Part shown: in pieces, positions 59,813 through 64,000 of the stretch
How positions within the stretch are numbered: the stretch's first letter is position 1
Layout: each line of letters opens with the position of its first letter
Assembly (NCBI GenBank): GCA_963753435.1
Contig: CAVWCF010000001.1
Span: 256,001 to 320,000, forward strand
From: an uncultured Actinomycetota bacterium
GTDB lineage: Bacteria; Actinomycetota; Actinomycetes; CAVWCF01
Length of the DNA stretch: 64,000 bases
Direction of reading: 5' to 3'
Notes under the pieces: model-generated
Databases searched by the model: none
Told to the model about the DNA's origin: nothing
Seen by the model: only the letters and a program-made list of their open reading frames with translations
Translations under genes and position numbers: made by a program

Positions 59813-61411
59813 TCAGGCCAGCGCGATGAGGTCGGCGTACTCGCCGCTGTAGAGGTCTTCAACCCCGTCCGGGAGGATCAGGACCCGCTCCGGTGCCAGC
59901 GCTTCAACGGCGCCCTCATCGTGGGTGACCAGCACTACTGCGCCGCGGTACTCCCCCAACGCGCGCAGGATCTCTTCGCGACTGGCTGGGTCCAGGTTGT
60001 TCGTGGGCTCGTCCAGCAGGAGCACATTCGCCGACGACACGACCAGCGCGGCCAATGCCAGCCGGGTCCGCTCGCCCCCGGACAACCATGACGCTGATTT
60101 GTGCACGTCGTCGCCGGTGAACAAGAAGGAACCAAGGACGGTCCGGGCTTCCTGCTCGGATAGGTGGGGCGCGGACGAGATCAAGTTCTCCAGAACGGTG
60201 CGACCGCGATCCAGCGTCTCGTGCTCCTGGGCGTAGTACCCCAACCGAAGTCCGTGGCCGGGGTGAACTTCGCCCGTGTCGGCCGGCTCCAAGCCCGTCA
60301 GCAGCCGCAGCAGCGTGGTCTTGCCTGCGCCATTAAGGCCCAGAATGACAATGCGGGCGCCTCGGTCGACAGCAAGGTCGACGTCGGTGAACACCTCTTC
60401 GCTGCCGTAGGACTTGGACAACCCTGTCGCCGTCAGCGGCAAGCGGCCGCAAGGTGCCGGCTCCGGCAGCCTGATGCGGGCAACGCGGTCGACCGGGCCG
60501 CCCGCCGAACTGCCGTCCAGTAGCCGTTCCGCACGTTTGGCCATGTTCTTGGCCGCGACCGCCTTGCTCGCCTTGGCCCGCATCCGGTCGGCCTGCTCCT
60601 TGAGAGCAACTGCGGTGCGTTCGGCGTTAGCACGCTCGCGACGACGCCGGCGTTCGTCGGTCTCCCGTTGCGTCAGGTACGCGTCCCAGCCCAACTGGTA
60701 GATGTCCAGCTGGGCGCGATTCGCGTCCAGGTACAGCACCCGGTTTACCACCGCTCGCAACAACTCGACGTCGTGGCTGATGACCACCAGGCCACCGCTG
60801 TAGGTGCGGAGGTATTCACGAAGCCAGGTCACTGAGTCCGCATCCAAATGGTTTGTCGGCTCATCCAGCAGCATGGTGCCGCCGCCGGCGAAGAGAATGC
60901 GCGCCAACTCGATCCGGCGGCGCTGACCACCCGACAACGTCCCCAGGTCCCGGTCCAAGACGCCGGCATCCAGACCCAATCCCGAGGCGATCGCTGCTGC
61001 CTCGGCCTCCGCGGAGTAGCCACCAGCGGCGAGGTACTCCGCTTCGGCGGCTGAGTACCGCCGCATGGCGCGATCGCGTTCCTGCGGAGCCGAGCTGGCC
61101 ATCTCGGCCTCGGCGCGCCGCATCCGGCGCAGTGCATCCGCCAGACCACGGGCCGAGAGGAGACGAGTGCGGACCGTCTGTTGTGGCTCGGCTGCCCCCG
61201 GATCCTGGGGCAAGTAGGCAACCTGCCCGGATCTGGTGACAGTGCCCGCGGCCGGTTCGAGTTCACCCGCGAGGATCCGGGTCAGCGTGGTCTTGCCGGC
61301 CCCGTTGCGGCCGACCAAACCCACCCGATCCCCGGGACCGATGCGAAAGGACGCCCCCTGCAGTAACAGTCGCGATCCGGCCCGGACCTCGAGTTCGGTT
61401 GCGATGATCAC
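59813..61411 (-). CDS. ABC-F family ATPase
   Basis: Two NBDs (GRNGAGKT, GLNGAGKT), LDEPTNHLD and LDEPTNNLD, no TM. Confidence 0.93.
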   Translation of the reverse strand: MIIATELEVRAGSRLLLQGASFRIGPGDRVGLVGRNGAGKTTLTRILAGELEPAAGTVTRSGQVAYLPQDPGAAEPQQTVRTRLLSARGLADALRRMRRAEAEMASSAPQERDRAMRRYSAAEAEYLAAGGYSAEAEAAAIASGLGLDAGVLDRDLGTLSGGQRRRIELARILFAGGGTMLLDEPTNHLDADSVTWLREYLRTYSGGLVVISHDVELLRAVVNRVLYLDANRAQLDIYQLGWDAYLTQRETDERRRRRERANAERTAVALKEQADRMRAKASKAVAAKNMAKRAERLLDGSSAGGPVDRVARIRLPEPAPCGRLPLTATGLSKSYGSEEVFTDVDLAVDRGARIVILGLNGAGKTTLLRLLTGLEPADTGEVHPGHGLRLGYYAQEHETLDRGRTVLENLISSAPHLSEQEARTVLGSFLFTGDDVHKSASWLSGGERTRLALAALVVSSANVLLLDEPTNNLDPASREEILRALGEYRGAVVLVTHDEGAVEALAPERVLILPDGVEDLYSGEYADLIALA

Positions 61412-61716
61412 ACGTTGAAACCGAGGGCCCGCAGCTGTTCGCGACCGTCGTCGGTGATCTTGTCCGGGCCCCACGGCGGCATCCAGACCCAGTTGATGGT
61501 CACGTTGGGAACCAGCTTCTGCAGCGCCACCTCAGTTTGGTCCTCGATGACGTCGGTGAGCGGGCACGCGGCACTCGTAAGGGTCATGTCCAAGGTTGCG
61601 GTGTCCCCGTTGAGGTGCACGTCGTAAACCAAACCCAGGTCGACGACGTTGATCCCCAGTTCGGGGTCGACAACATCCTTCATCGCCTCGGTGATGTCGT
61701 CCGTGGTGACGCTCAT
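61408..61716 (-). CDS. Fe-S assembly factor (SufT/DUF59)
   Basis: DPELGINVVDLGLVY, TLTSAACP, WMPPW. Confidence 0.92.
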   Translation of the reverse strand: MSVTTDDITEAMKDVVDPELGINVVDLGLVYDVHLNGDTATLDMTLTSAACPLTDVIEDQTEVALQKLVPNVTINWVWMPPWGPDKITDDGREQLRALGFNV

Positions 61717-62158
61717 CCGTTCTGTCCCTCTCCCACGACAGCGCGCGCCGCCGCGTCCTTGAATGCCATCCAACCCAGTAATGCGCACTTGACCCGTGCC
61801 GGGTATTTCGCGACGCCGGTGAACGCCACCGCGTCCTCCAAGCGCTCCTCGTCGGGTGTGGCTGTCCCTTTCATCAACTGCAGGAACTGCTCGCCCGTCT
61901 CCAGGGCATCCGACAGCGTTCGGCCGACAACAAGGTCGGTCATCACCGATGTGCTGGCCTGGGAGATCGAGCAGCCTTGAGCCGAGTACGAAACGTCTGC
62001 GACCTTGTTGCCGTCCAGCTGCACGCGGAGGGTCACCTCGTCCCCACAGACGGGGTTCACATGGTGAACCTCGGCATCGAAGGGTTCCCGTAGCCCGGAC
62101 CGGTGCGGGTTTCGGTAGTGATCCAGGATGATTTCCTGGTACAGCGACTCCAGGTTCA

Positions 62159-62159
<1 letters not shown>
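61713..62159 (-). CDS. sufU: SUF sulfur-transfer protein
   Basis: NPVCGD, GCSISQAS, RVKCALL. Confidence 0.95.

Positions 62160-64000
<1,841 letters not shown>

Overview
High-GC actinobacterial chromosome segment, almost fully coding. 1-26.9 kb is the conserved Pup-proteasome/mycothiol neighbourhood (prcA partial, prcB, pup, dop, arc, trmI, M50 protease, RecB-like nuclease, FtsX-type ABC, metH, PAC2, mshC, SCO1664/DUF3090/His-phosphatase, uppP, F420 LLM, AKR, M20 peptidase), ending at tRNA-Leu(GAG). 27-43.4 kb is an accessory-looking block with no integrase: P-type ATPase, atypical dodecin, Trx-CcdA-like fusion, USP, membrane proteins, a frameshifted Gfo/Idh/MocA gene, a Cys-less maleate-isomerase homologue and a PAP2 + kinase/flippase pair. 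43.5-64 kb is core again (TrmH, transglycosylase, SPFH/NfeD, serB, fabI/fabG, tldD/E, dodecin, SURF1, ABC exporter, Gbn-like HTH protein, ABC-F, sufTUS, sufC partial). No CRISPR, IS or prophage was seen. The best leads are non-coding: a riboswitch-like 5' leader on a HAD phosphatase gene; four DevR/DosR-type boxes at the same distance from predicted -10 elements, one ahead of a 61-aa C2H2-like protein; a PafBC promoter; and a FliA/WhiG-type promoter. All calls are by eye from motifs and gene order; no database searches were run.
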